From: Vicugna vicugna | Lineage: Eukaryota | Length of the DNA stretch: 64,000 bases | Assembly: GCA_013265495.1 (NCBI GenBank) | Contig: MU058059.1 | Location: forward strand, 62,001-126,000 | Direction: 5' to 3' | In this document: piece by piece, positions 36,189 through 47,600 of the stretch | Layout: each line of letters begins with the position of its first letter | Numbering within the stretch: the first letter of the stretch is position 1 | Notes under the pieces: model-generated | Database searches by the model: none | Told to the model about the DNA's origin: nothing | What the model saw: only the letters and a program-made list of their open reading frames with translations | Position numbers and translations under genes: made by a program

Positions 36189-39100
36189 AATAGTCAACAA
36201 TAGGTACATGACTTCCTCACAGTGAAACCACTGGGATGCAGCAGGGACTGACGGGTAACAGGAGAAACATACCCATTTTTTTTTTTTTGGAAGTTAGAAA
36301 TACTACCCTGCCATTGTAACCACAGAGTTACAGATTGCAGGTAATTTTTCAACAACAGCTGTCTTCCTCTCTTGTGAATCTTTTAAGCCACAGTCATGCT
36401 TCAAATCTAAGTTTCAGGTCAGTTCTTTGCCTCCTTGTGCCTTGACCCCCCTGCCTTAAAAGGATGGAGAAAGAAGGAATGAGCTAGTCTTTGAAAAGAG
36501 CCTTAAAGGTTTTCAGAGATGTCTAAGACATAACAGGGGAAAGAACAGGGCTGTGGCTGGACAGTGATTGTGCTAGTCTCAGCCTGCTGCTGACAGTCAG
36601 GGTATCTCTTTAGGGTTTATTTTTCCCATTTTTAGAAAGAGTGGGATGGACTGAATAATCTCAAATAATCCTTCCATAAGGGGGTTACTAGGGGAGAAAC
36701 AAGTAGGGAGGAGGATGCTATGTCCACTGTGCAGGGAGGAGTTTGTGAATGAGGAGGTATACTAGATGGCCTTCCACTGAGGAGGTTCTAGAATTCTAAA
36801 ACTATCATTTTCCTGAAAAACAAAAAAACAAAAAACAAATCATGTACCTTAAAGTTTCAGAGCCCTGGAGAGTAGAATGAGTAAGGAGTGAGGCAGTCCT
36901 GTGCATGTACGGTACACAGTGGTTAAAAAAATAAGGGGAACAGAGGTCATTTCCTGTCATTGTTGTCAGATGTCTCTTCATATGAAAGGGACTTAGCTTC
37001 GCACCGGGGGTTTAGGACACCCCTAACTGGCTTATACTAATGGTCTGAGATTTAATATAATCACTGTAAAAGCAAGGGAATGAGTTATCTACTGGGATCT
37101 ATGAAAAATCTGTTTCCTCACTTCATGGTCATTCTCGTTTCATGGACTGGGTAAATGGTACATTTGAAATAGGTCTTATGTCATGAATCAGAGGTCAAAG
37201 AAAGCATATGTATAAATGCATATCTGAGAAGTGTGGGCACAGAAATGCCTTTGCAGACGTAGCATGAGTATGTGACCCATCCACAAGCACCCAGTGTCCA
37301 GAACCCTCCCGTCTGCTTCGTAGACAGATCTGTGATAGCAGGAGCCTGAATTCTGTAGGAAGTTTCCCAGTTCTGTGAGAACAGTGACTTAGACGTGCCA
37401 ACTGATAGAGAGGAGTGACTTAAAGTACGTGAAAGAAAAGATCTGTCCATCTAGAAAACCCATTCTGTGAAATGTAATTCGAAGTCTATTTTAGAAATGG
37501 AAACCAGGCAGGGCGTATTGCTAAACTTTAAGAAATGGAAAAAAACCCACTTTTTTTTTAAAAAGATAGTCATGTATTTTCTTAAACTTAAAAGATCAGA
37601 GAATCAGAAGAGGTCTCTCCTTGGTCATATGAGTGTCCCCAAGAAATAAAAGTGCTAAAAGTAGTGGAAGAGAAACCGGTCAGGGCCAACACAGGAGTGA
37701 GGTGATGTGTATCCCCTTACCTTCTATTCCCTCCTTCACCTTTGTTAATTTTCTGACAGTAAGTAGCTCTTTATCTTTACCTTTTAGCTGTAAACAGGAC
37801 TGAGTTAAAGGAGAATAAATCATTCACTGAAAAGAATGAAAGCACCCTCTTCCCGTGGTTTCAGTCTAAGAATTTATGAAAACACTTAAATATGCATTTA
37901 CAGAAACAGAGTAAAAAGCACTTTCCCTGTGTCCTAATATGTCCCAAATGCCTGCTCCTAGGGATACAGCCTGAAGGTGTGGGATGAGCAAGATGGTTTT
38001 GAGCAGCAGATAAAGATCCCCTGATGTGAAGTTCCACATGCATGTTATTTTTATCTAACAGGAAGAGTTATTGGTTCAAAATTTCAAGTGAGTAATAAAA
38101 ATCATAGTAAAGTCCTATAACTCCCCATGGGTTTCATTAATAGCAACCTGAGTTGACCTGTAAAGGCCAATTTTTATTTTTCTCTACCTAGCTATCCTGG
38201 CAAATGACAGAAAAAAATATGACTGGTAAGAGGTACTATAGTTTGAAGCAGATGAAGTTTCTGATTTCAGCTGTTTTGAGCTATGAAGATGGAATTTCTC
38301 CATGATTCCACTTCAAGTCAAGGAGCACGGTCAGATACTAAGAGAGGTTGTTGCCTCTGAACCTAAAACCCAAATGGTAAAAACCTAAGCTAATCACCGA
38401 GTCAAAGCCAGCTTGGCAATATTGCATATATATTTTTAGTGGCTCCTCTAAAACCTCAGACAAAAGACCAGAGTGTTCTACCGTTCACAGCTCCCTGCGT
38501 CAGGTCGTGGAAAGCCGTGGTCCCAAGTGGACCGGAGATTATGGATGAATCTTCCTCCACAGCATGGTAAATGTTTACCCTGGGCTCCTGTATTTAATTT
38601 GCAACTAAGCAAACTGTCCTCGAAGGAGGATGGAGAAAGAGAAAATAAAGTCCACTGGCCACTAGGAAATCCAAAGCTGGTTTTCTTAGTCCTCTGTGCT
38701 AAGCAGTGCTGCACCTTCCGTTAGGAGACTGGACTCTGTGGGGTCATAAAGCCTGTGCCGTGAAACCTCTGACTGTGGCTAACCAAGCACTTTCAGTGTT
38801 ACTGAAACTGTCTTTAGAATAATGAAAATGCAGACCAAGAATAATAAAGTTATTTTAACAACTTGCAGGAAGGATTTCCCATTTCTATTTGATCTTTCTT
38901 TTACCATCACTGACTTTCTGGACCCCTGCTTTTCCAGTGTTTTGCCAGTTGTGTCCCCTGTCTCAGTGCTGGGATATGAGCAGCAATGAAAACTCCAGAG
39001 AATCAGAGAGAGAATTACCAGAATCACCAATTCTACATTCAAAGTTAGGGTCAGTAACCTCATTTTTCTATCAGCAAAGAAGGACATCTCTACTGAGACC

Positions 39101-39929
39101 AGGGAAAAAGAGGCAGGAGATTGTACAAGCCAGACAGGAAACACATTCAAGAATCTTGACACTTTTTGCTGGATTATTAAGGCAGTTTAAATTGAGAATG
39201 TACAAAACCATCAATGTGGTTGATGTTTTTTTTTAAAAGACAGCAAGGAAACATCGCGGTAACCTAAGTCACTAGCAGAACTGCTCAGCACTGCCACACA
39301 TTTCATACAAAGTCGTTTTTAAAAACTGGTTTAACGTAATTTAAATTGTTCTAAAACAAGAGGAAGGAAAATCTCAGCCTGGGAAAGGAAAACCCCACTG
39401 GGCAAAGACTGACATAATCTTGAATGGAATTTTGAAAAACAGTTATACCTGCATTGAAAAATAATCCTGGGTTCATGCAAATTATGAATAATTCTTCAGT
39501 GATCTTTGGTGGGGTCTTACTTAACCAACAGGAAAACAAAACCACAAGGAAATCCACAAAGAAACCCCAACCATCCAGAAATTCTGATTTTGCAAAGCAA
39601 CAGTAAGCACTCAGGATTCTTGTCATGGAAAACGACAGATCACATTTCAATCACTAGACACACGACGTCCTCCTGTAACACTCAGCACCTTAGATCACCT
39701 GTCAGTTAAAGATGTTATGAAGCCCCTTGGAGACACAGATGTGTAGGTATCTGATGTCTCTACCTGTTTTCTTACCATCTGTACACAAATTAGTTTTTAG
39801 CTCTTTCAGTCATACTAGCCATTATTTAGAGAAGAAATAAAATAGCAAAACTACCCCCCCCAAAAACCCCACTTGAACCAACAACACATTATCACCAAAT
39901 ACAAAGTAATAAAAGAGTTGTTCCCAAAC

Positions 39930-40004
39930 CTGGTCAGTCCTGCCATTTCTTGAAACTTGCACACACACTGAAGAAACCCACTCAGCCTTAAAAAGGTCGA
40001 TCAT
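39930..40004 (-). CDS. DLGAP1: DLGAP1/GKAP alternative first coding exon, MIDLFKAEWVSSVCVQVSRNGRTDQ
   Basis: 25 codons from AAAATGA to the donor CAG|GTTTGG, phase 0. The peptide matches the GKAP short-isoform N-terminus as I recall it. A GA-rich putative 5'UTR precedes it. Confidence 0.9.
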
Positions 40005-40600
40005 TTTGCTCTCCTAAAATTTCATCTCTGAGTGCTTGCTTTCTCGGCTGCCTTGTGTGCGCTCGCCCTCCCTCCCTCTCTCTCTCTGTCTCTCTCTCTA
40101 CTTCTACCGAAGAGCGTTTTCTTTCCTTTTTCCTGTTTCTGCTGCTGGATGAATGCAAAACACATGATTTCAAGAGGCTTTTTGTTGTTTGTTTTTTGTT
40201 TTTTTTTATGTTAACAGTTGGAAATCTAAAATCTTGCTCTTCCGAATGGCTTTCTATGCCAGTCACTCAACACACGACGTTTCCATAAAGAGGCACATAC
40301 AGAAGCAAGAATCCTGCTTGCTTAAAGCAAAAACAAAACAACAACAAAAACTCTCTTTACTCCTCTGACCCCCTTGCTATTTTATTTACCTAACGGTTAG
40401 CACTTACCCTGAGATGTGCCATAAATGCTCTATTCCAAATGTACAGAAGCCAGCCACATCTCAGCTGAGAATTAAACAGTTTTAATGTCTTCAAATCCAT
40501 GTCCCAGCTCCAAACCCTGATAGAGACAGTCACTGGCAGCCGTACAATAGTTCTAAACAGCAGACATCTGATTCCTGACATTTAAAAATAACAATATTGG
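40005..40600 (-). promoter_or_regulatory. Putative internal promoter/5'UTR region for the MIDLF and MAHLR first exons
   Basis: Transposon-free region upstream of two alternative first exons, with a (GA)n/GGGA purine tract on the minus strand at about 40065-40100. TSS positions are inferred only. Confidence 0.5.
40408..40422 (-). CDS. DLGAP1: Putative DLGAP1 alternative first coding exon, MAHLR
   Basis: ATG GCA CAT CTC AGG followed by a consensus donor GTAAGT (40407-40402), phase 0, about 400 bp upstream of the MIDLF exon. It resembles a short human isoform N-terminus (MAHLK) recalled from memory, not verified. In-frame upstream ATGs exist, so the start is uncertain. Confidence 0.6.
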
Positions 40601-41059
40601 GGGAAAAAAGGGAGTCTTTTTTAAATTAACTACAAACAGCTTGTGAGTGAGCACATAGCACCAACTGACTGTATTAACTGGAACTTGCAATGATTTCAGG
40701 CTACAGTATTTTACTTCTAAATCAATGTCAGAGGCCAAATACCCACAGACCTCTCTTTTCTATATGATCGTGGCAATGGCCTGAGCTAAATAATTTCTAA
40801 GTGATAATTCTAGAGAGAATCAGAACTGTGTTGGCATTTAGAACTCTATTATTGGTGAATATTAACTTATGTTCTGTCTTGAATCAAATTAGGGACACTT
40901 TGGTCATTCCATTGCTCACCTGAGATGGGTCACATTTCACATACATGCATTTTTAACTCCATGCACACAGGTGAGGGCAAGTGAATGCATACATTTGCTA
41001 CAGAATAAAGCAAATATTAAAATGAAGAAAATGCATTTATTTCTATTTCTGAAGCACAT

Positions 41060-41240
41060 TATAGACTCAGACAAATCTGTGGTCAAGTCTTAGCTTTCCC
41101 ACTTTCTATGCATGAGGTCTTGGGCAAATGGTTAAATCTTTTGTGCTTCAGTTTTGTCAGCTATAATATTGGAATAAATAGTAATGCTAATTTTACAAAG
41201 TTGTTTCAGGAAATAAATGGGATGCTCTGTGGTTTCTGGA
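41060..41240 (+). mobile_element. MIR SINE
   Basis: tcttgggcaaatggttaaatcttttgtgcttcagttt...gttgtttcaggaaataaatgggat. Confidence 0.55.
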
Positions 41241-41329
41241 GCATAATGGGTATATAATGTCGCTGCTTCCTCCTCTGTTTTATGTTTAGGAGGCGTAGGG
41301 ACTGGGCACAGTAAATGGAGACATCCAGG

Positions 41330-41520
41330 CTGTGCGGGCAGACAAGTCAGCTTCGACCCACTACATTGCCGTGTGCGAGCTGGGCGTCCTTGCACAGGTG
41401 ACTTAACCTCATTTACTAAATCTCAGTGTCTTCAACTGTAAACTACCTCACAGAGTTTTAGAGAGCAAGTTAGATAACACTGGAAAAACGTCTACTTTAA
41501 GCATTTATTAAATGGGAGCT
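41330..41520 (+). mobile_element. MIR SINE
   Basis: gtgacttaacctc...ctcagtgtcttcaactgtaaa...cctcacagag. Confidence 0.55.
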
Positions 41521-42789
41521 CTAGGGCTTACAACTCTTGAAAATGGCACTAATCAGTGCCCTGCATATGTGGCTTAGGAGTTTAAAGATGTGGGCTGAGC
41601 TCACAGGCCTTCCAGACCAAGTGCCTTACTTTATAGTAGACGAAGGAGACCCAGAGAGCTGAAATGATGGTTCTAAGCCATTTCACTAGTCAGTGAGTGA
41701 TCACCAACTCGTTGGTGGCAAATAGTGAATAAAACATAGACCTCTTATTTAAAGTTCAATGCCTTGTCCACTAAACTTTGTGATGTTGATATCAAACACA
41801 TTTGTACATCCAGTTTCAATATTAGTTTGTAATTGAAACAGTAACTGGGGAAAAAACCCTGTGTGTTCCTTAATTTGCTTCTCAGAATGAGCTTATAAAT
41901 GAAATTATTTTATAGGGGGTGACAGGGGCTGGCTAACCCTATCTTCCTGAGAGGAGCTTCTACAGGACAGAGATTCTCTCTTCCCTATAAAGCAAGAAGA
42001 AAGCTGGAGAGGACGTCCAGTTCCCTGGAGTTTCCCACAGTCCTCCCTCCCCTTGTGAACGTCCAGCTCCTTCTTCCCTTTCTTTATAGGAACTCTTCAT
42101 CTCAGCACACTGATTGGGAAGAACACACTGCTCTACATTTAGTTTATTTATTAAACATACCATGTCCCCACACTGAAATATAAGTTTCTTTTTTCAGTTT
42201 GAAAGTCTTACACAGAATAGGAACTCAGTAAATGTCAATATTTGCTAAAGACACTATGACTTTGAGCTCAGTTTATATTTTAGGTGTTGAACTAGCTTGT
42301 TTTAGGGTTAAGTTATTGCCAGTGAAGAATAGAAAACATTACATTTTCTCAATCTTTCAGTAATTCTGGGATTGTAGATAAAGGTGCTTTGGCTATCAAG
42401 TCAGATTAGCTATTGCTCTGGGGAGAAAGTGAAGGAAATGGGATTAAGGAGGGTACTCATGTGACCAGTGTAATTAATGTTTTATTTCTCTAGTTGGATG
42501 AGGTATAAATGGGTGTTTATATTTTTTCTTGATACTTTTCTGTAAGCCTCAAATATTTCATTTAAAACACTGGCTTAAAAGAAGGCAAATAATTTGAAAA
42601 TAGAATTTCCAAATCTTTATGAGATCCAATAGTGCTACTATATTAAATCCATACTTAAATCTTCAAGTTTTCATTCTGACTTTATTGAAGAACTTTAGTA
42701 ATATGTTTACTTTAAAGACTTTTTCCCTCCTTGCTCACAGTTCCATGCCCTTTATTCCACTGTTGGGTTGGGCTGTACTGGTAAGAGCT

Positions 42790-43000
42790 ATTTTGCATCA
42801 GATAGACCTAAATCTAATTCCCAGTTCTACAACTTACTGGCCACATGGCATTAAGTCACTTGATATTTTTAAGCCTGTTTCTTTTCTTGTAAAAACTGTA
42901 TGTTATTATCTCCAGCTCTCAGGATTATTATGAGAATTAAATGAAACAAAAATGTGAAAACGTTTGCTACAGTATCTGGTACACAGTAGATTTTCAGTTA
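42790..43000 (+). mobile_element. MIR SINE
   Basis: aattcccagttctacaacttactggcc...aagtcacttga...ggattattatgagaattaaatga...ctggtacacagtag. Confidence 0.6.
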
Positions 43001-44893
43001 GTATCACTTTCCTTCTTTCTTTCCTTATCCTAACACTTTTCACCACTACTTGAGATTTTTACTTCAAAAAGATATAAAAAGGAAAGGAAAATGAATTTAA
43101 GGTAGGAAGAAAGTAGGCAATTATGTGTCATGAAAGCATTTCGTTGCTAACAAAGGCTGGTCCTAGATCCATGTACAGTATCCTTCTTTAACCTGATGTT
43201 TCTTATCTAATCTCTTCACTACTTATTAAAGTTCAAGTTTTTTTTAATTAAATTTGTTTTTGCCACTAATCACAGAACCTTCATAGATAAAATGTATCCT
43301 CTTCTAGGTTCTTTCTCTTCTAAGTTCACACATCCTTTCTTCAAATCAGATATCTTATCAAAATACTTTATTCTCAGGTTCAGATGAGATTTCAGGTGAT
43401 GAGATCTAGGTGCTTAAAGAATTTATAAAGCTTTCAGCTGTAACCCTTATAATGGTCACTTCTATAAGTTAAGAGGCTTGGGCTCTAGTCCTACCCCTGC
43501 CACGTACTAACTGTGTGACCCACTAGGCTTTTAGCTTTCTCTGAGTCTAGCTTCTCATATGCCAAACGAAGAGGGTGGCTTAGACGATTCCTTTAGCTCT
43601 AGCATTCTGTGAGTGGTTCTTGATGAATTAATGCATGAAACAGCCTTATAGTAAATTGAGCCATGCCACCTTCAGTAGGAAATATTGTGTTGTTTGTGAA
43701 AACTATCTGTGCATTGGTGGCCTGCTCTAAACTCTGGGAATGGGCTGTGGCACTATCCTTGCCCAGTGACTGTCGGCCTAGAATATTCTCTGGGCTTGGT
43801 GGAGGCATTCCCAGGAGAGTCAGGTTTGTCACAAGAAATCCAAAGAGAGCAACAAGATGAATGTTTTTGTGGAAGGCTTTTTTCCTTGCATTTATTCTTA
43901 AGAGTGGGAAATGATTATGTCATGATTGTATAGTCCAGTAAAACTTTTTTTTTTAAGATGACAGTAGCAAGGGAGGGCAGAGAAAAAAGACACTTTTAAA
44001 AAGAAAAATGTGAGGGTTCCTCTTATGGAAGGTTATGTCTTGGGAAAAATGACAATACTAAAGGGAGGCGTAGAAAAGAAAAAGACTCTTCCCCTGATAT
44101 TTTTATCCAGGTGAAATCTGGTTTAAGTGGATTAGAGGGCAGCAGGAAAAACAGGAGACTGTAGAAGAGGAGGAGCGGCCTGCCTTGGGCCGTACATGTG
44201 TGGGATTTGCATGCTGATACTAATTGTATTTCATTGTTCAGATGCTTCCCCTTTTCCTCCTCTTCTCTGTTGTCCTGGATCTCTGCAGCTGTGCTTGTCA
44301 GGTCCCCACACTGGCTCCATCTCCACCTCCTCAAGGCACAGGGCATCGCCCTGACTCCCTGTGCTCTGGGAAGGGGGAGGTTGGATGGGAGCGTGGTTAG
44401 TATTGGCAGTGGTGTGAAAAGTGCAATGGGGAAGATGTAGGTCAACTTTCCCAAACTAATAGCTTCAGGCAGAATTCTAAATTAAAACAAAAAAACTGAG
44501 TAGATTTAATTGAACTCTTTCCAAAATTCCAAAGATCATCACTGACTTTTGTAAAAAGGTGGGTTTATTTAAAAATACTCTGTATACTCCCCTTTTCTCT
44601 CCTCTCTGTCCCACGATCCCTCAGACAAAAGAGGAACACAAAACATTAATAACTCCTTGCCTTTATGTAGGCGTGCTTTTCAAAGCACTTTTGTATCTAG
44701 TATCTCAATATAACTGGATGAGGTTGCTAACAGGCTTGTTTCCTGATAGGAGCCCTCAGCCTCGGAAATGCTAAGTAATTCTTTCAGGTTCATACAGACA
44801 ATTTATAGTAAGAGCCAAGACTAGGACCAGGAGAAAATACCACACAATCAGCAGGTAGACGTTTAAGCATTCATCCCTCAACATAAGTGGTAC

Positions 44894-45850
44894 CTGAAGG
44901 TACTGGCAGGAACGTTCTTGTTGACATGACTCCGACTTCACCATGGCCTGGTCCATGTTCACCGAGGCTTTCTGGTAAACCTCGCGGGCTCGGCTCACGG
45001 TCAGCGTGGAGGACCAGGCGCTCTTCTTCAGCAGCGGCGCATCCAGGGTGACGGGCAGGTTGGCGCAGGTGGAGCACTTGACGTCGTTGTTACTCCGAGA
45101 GGCCTTCACCGCCTGCTCGCTGATGGTGTTGTAGGCCTCCATGAAGTACTGCGAGGCCGAGCGGTCGGGGCACCGGCCCATGGTCATCACGCCGGAGGGG
45201 GCGTGGTAGATGCACATGTCGCCGTCGAGGTTGTCGTCGGAGCTCCACCAGCCCGGGGACGCGTTGGCGCGGGGCTTGGGCTCAGCGCGCCGCTCCTTGC
45301 TCTTGCTGCGCTTGCCGTACCTCACGGCCTGCGTCTCGTCGGGGCTCGCCTTGCCCCCGTTCACGCTGCCCTTGGACGGCCCCTCCAGGGAGTGCGATTT
45401 GGTGAAGAGTTTCTGGACCGAGTGGACCAGGTGGCGGATGCGGCCGGGGCTGTCGCTGCGGTGCTCCACGGCCGTGCGCTTGTACTGCAGCGTGTGGTAG
45501 CCATCCCGGTTGAGAGGCAGCTGCCTCTCAAATTGGTCCAGGAGGTTGGCGGGGATGCGGTTGGCCTTGGTGGCCAGGTTGCGGGGCACCAGGGCGCACT
45601 CGTCCTTGAGCTCTTGCTGCGAGGTGTAGTGCCGGCGCGGGAAGGTGCTGCTGGCCAGCGGGTCGCTGAAGGGGCCCACGCACTCGGCCTGGAAGGAGGT
45701 GCGCTGAGTGTAGTAGGGGTGGTCGGCCGGGTGGGGCTCCACCGGGCTCAGCAGGTATGGCTTGCGGTCTGCGTGGTGCGACAGCGAGTCACAGGCGGAG
45801 TCGCAGGTGACTCCGTGGTGATGGCTGCGGCTGCTGGATAACCCTTTCAT
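44894..45850 (-). CDS. DLGAP1: DLGAP1 (SAPAP1/GKAP) first coding exon of the long isoform, residues 1-319
   Basis: Translation MKGLSSSRSHHHGVTCDSACDSLSHH...SPGRIRHLVHSVQKLFTKSHSLEG...GWWSSDDNLD...QQERSCQYLQ is recognisable as the DLGAP1 N-terminus. It spans 957 nt (319 codons) and ends at CAG|GTACCA (GT at 44893-44892), phase 0. The ORF-track extension to 44771 is intron read-through. Confidence 0.98.
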
Positions 45851-45900
45851 CGCTGATGGGGCACAACCGCGGGGGTCATGGACACCCCGTGGTTAGGTTC
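44960..45900. promoter_or_regulatory. Exonic CpG island over the DLGAP1 coding exon
   Basis: Visibly high GC and dense CpG (CGCG, GGCGG) against AT-rich flanks. Not computed. Confidence 0.7.
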
Positions 45901-45922
45901 CAGACCCTTCTCCCGCAAGGAC
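45851..45922 (-). other. DLGAP1: 5'UTR part (72 nt) of the DLGAP1 first coding exon, with splice acceptor
   Basis: Minus strand reads TTAAC (branch-point-like), a pyrimidine tract CCCTCTCTCCTTCGTTCCCCC, then AG|GTCC, with AG at 45924-45923. An in-frame TAA in the UTR rules out an N-terminal extension. Upstream non-coding exons were not identified in the window. Confidence 0.9.
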
Positions 45923-47489
45923 CTGGGGGAACGAAGGAGAGAGGGACCATGGTTAACGCTTCCCGTGGTGAATGGCTATTGCTCTTTCGCGTGTGCAGGG
46001 TGCTTCTGAGTTCGTTTTCGGACAGAACTCATGACTCTCCCTAAAAGCAGCTGTAATGCACTGTTGGAAGAGCCCTTTTACCTCTGTAGGGTGGGAAATC
46101 CCACTCCAATCATACAGGACAGACAGCAGGGGTGAAAGCTGCTAAACCCAGGAAAGAAACTATAAAAATGCTAAACTGTTTAAAAATGATTAGGAAGAAA
46201 AACTCCCTTCCCCTGCAGGATTCCAGTAACTGGCTGGGCCTTTCCCTTGCTGCTCTGGTTTTATTCTTAACTGTATGTTAATCCTCAAACTAGCTGACCA
46301 GAAGGGCTCAGTTTCCCTGGAAAGCTTTTGCTGCTCCCCGCTGCAGAGAGAAGTGGTTCCCCCTGTGCTCTGCAGGGCGTCTGCCGCACACGCCCTGGCT
46401 GCTCTGGAATGCTTGAGCACCCTGCGGGCCAGCTCACCGCTTCGTCCTCTTTGCCTCTCCCTACCTTGTGCCAGGCTGGCCGTGTAGACACAGAGTGAAC
46501 AGTCCATAAATGTGAGTGGAAAACGTGAATAAAAGAGGCTTCTGGTACTTACAACTTTCGGATCTGCCTTTGTACCTTCTTTCGCATACTCTGCCTCTAG
46601 AAATCTGTGGGAGCAATCACAGCGAAAAATCCCCCACCCCAAGTGGTAATTGGAAAAACTAATGATGTGGCAAATAGATCAGAGCTGTAGAGAAAACCCG
46701 CCTGTGTGTTTCTGTCACCAGAGAATCAAGAGTTTCCTCTCGACACACCGAGAACGGATGAAGAAACCAATAGGCTTGAATTGGCTAGTCTGAATATCAG
46801 GGCATCTCCTTTTCCCGGTTTAAACGTCTCTGGTAAATATTTACAAGCGACTGCAAGATGGCCAAAGAAAAGGCTCTTAAACCGGTCCTGAGGACACAAA
46901 GGGCCGGGACCTGAGGGTCAGCTCTGTTTGGGAAAGCAGTGACTCTTGCAGACCCAGCTGTGGGAGCTTAGGTCACTCGACCAGAGACCTTCCCTCGTTG
47001 CTTTCGTATGGAGGCTGCTGTTCTACTGCGCAGGGTACTTTGTTTGGACTCTTAATAGAGTGTGTTCTTTGTTAGCAAAACGTGTTCCTCCTCACAGCCT
47101 GATTTTTTTTTTAAGCTTCCTAGAATACAAAAATTATCATACGGGGAATTGTCCGGAAAAGCCAATGTGACGTTCCAAAAATATTGCAAACGTCATTTCA
47201 GATATTCAGAGAGGGAGAGATAATTGGTTTAATTTAAGAAAAAACACAAAAACAAAGTAAAACACCCACATATGGCCTAATGAAGGAAACTTCTGAGGGG
47301 TTGGGCGTCCTCTGTTCCGTGGGACGGACGTTCGTGGGGGCTCCTGAGTGTTGAAGATCTCTAAGCATGCTTTAGGGACCTCCTTTCCTCCCCCAGTTTC
47401 TGGATTAACTTCCTCTCTGTTTCTGGATTAACTGCTCAGGAAAACTGATGGGAGTTTTAATCACTAGAGTCCCTCAAAATTGGTTAGTC

Positions 47490-47600
47490 TACTAAATTGT
47501 GAGCTTCTTGAGGGCAGGGACTACGTTTTATGCAGTCAGTAGCCAACAAAGTGCCTGGCTAATGTGGGAACTCGGTAAAGTATTTAGTCAATCAATTAAT
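47490..47600 (+). mobile_element. L2 3' end
   Basis: ttgtgagcttcttgagggcagggact...agtgcctggc...ctcggtaaagtattt. Confidence 0.6.

Noticed and set aside
38779..39162. 127-aa minus-strand ORF with a hydrophobic stretch (VELVILVILSLILWSF)
   Set aside because: No recognisable homology or clear splice or promoter support. T-rich intron sequence readily gives such runs.
45203..45841. 212-aa plus-strand ORF (and the 96-aa ORF at 45210-45500) antisense to the DLGAP1 exon
   Set aside because: Expected shadow ORFs from GC-rich codon usage on the opposite strand, with no recognisable protein. An antisense lncRNA cannot be supported from sequence alone.
44771..45850. 359-aa ORF treated as a complete single-exon gene
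   Set aside because: DLGAP1 similarity ends at QYLQ, where a GT donor lies. The last 40 aa are intronic and kept only as a speculative finding.
47384..47433. Short tandem duplication (gtttctggattaact twice)
   Set aside because: Ordinary slippage duplication with no evidence of function.
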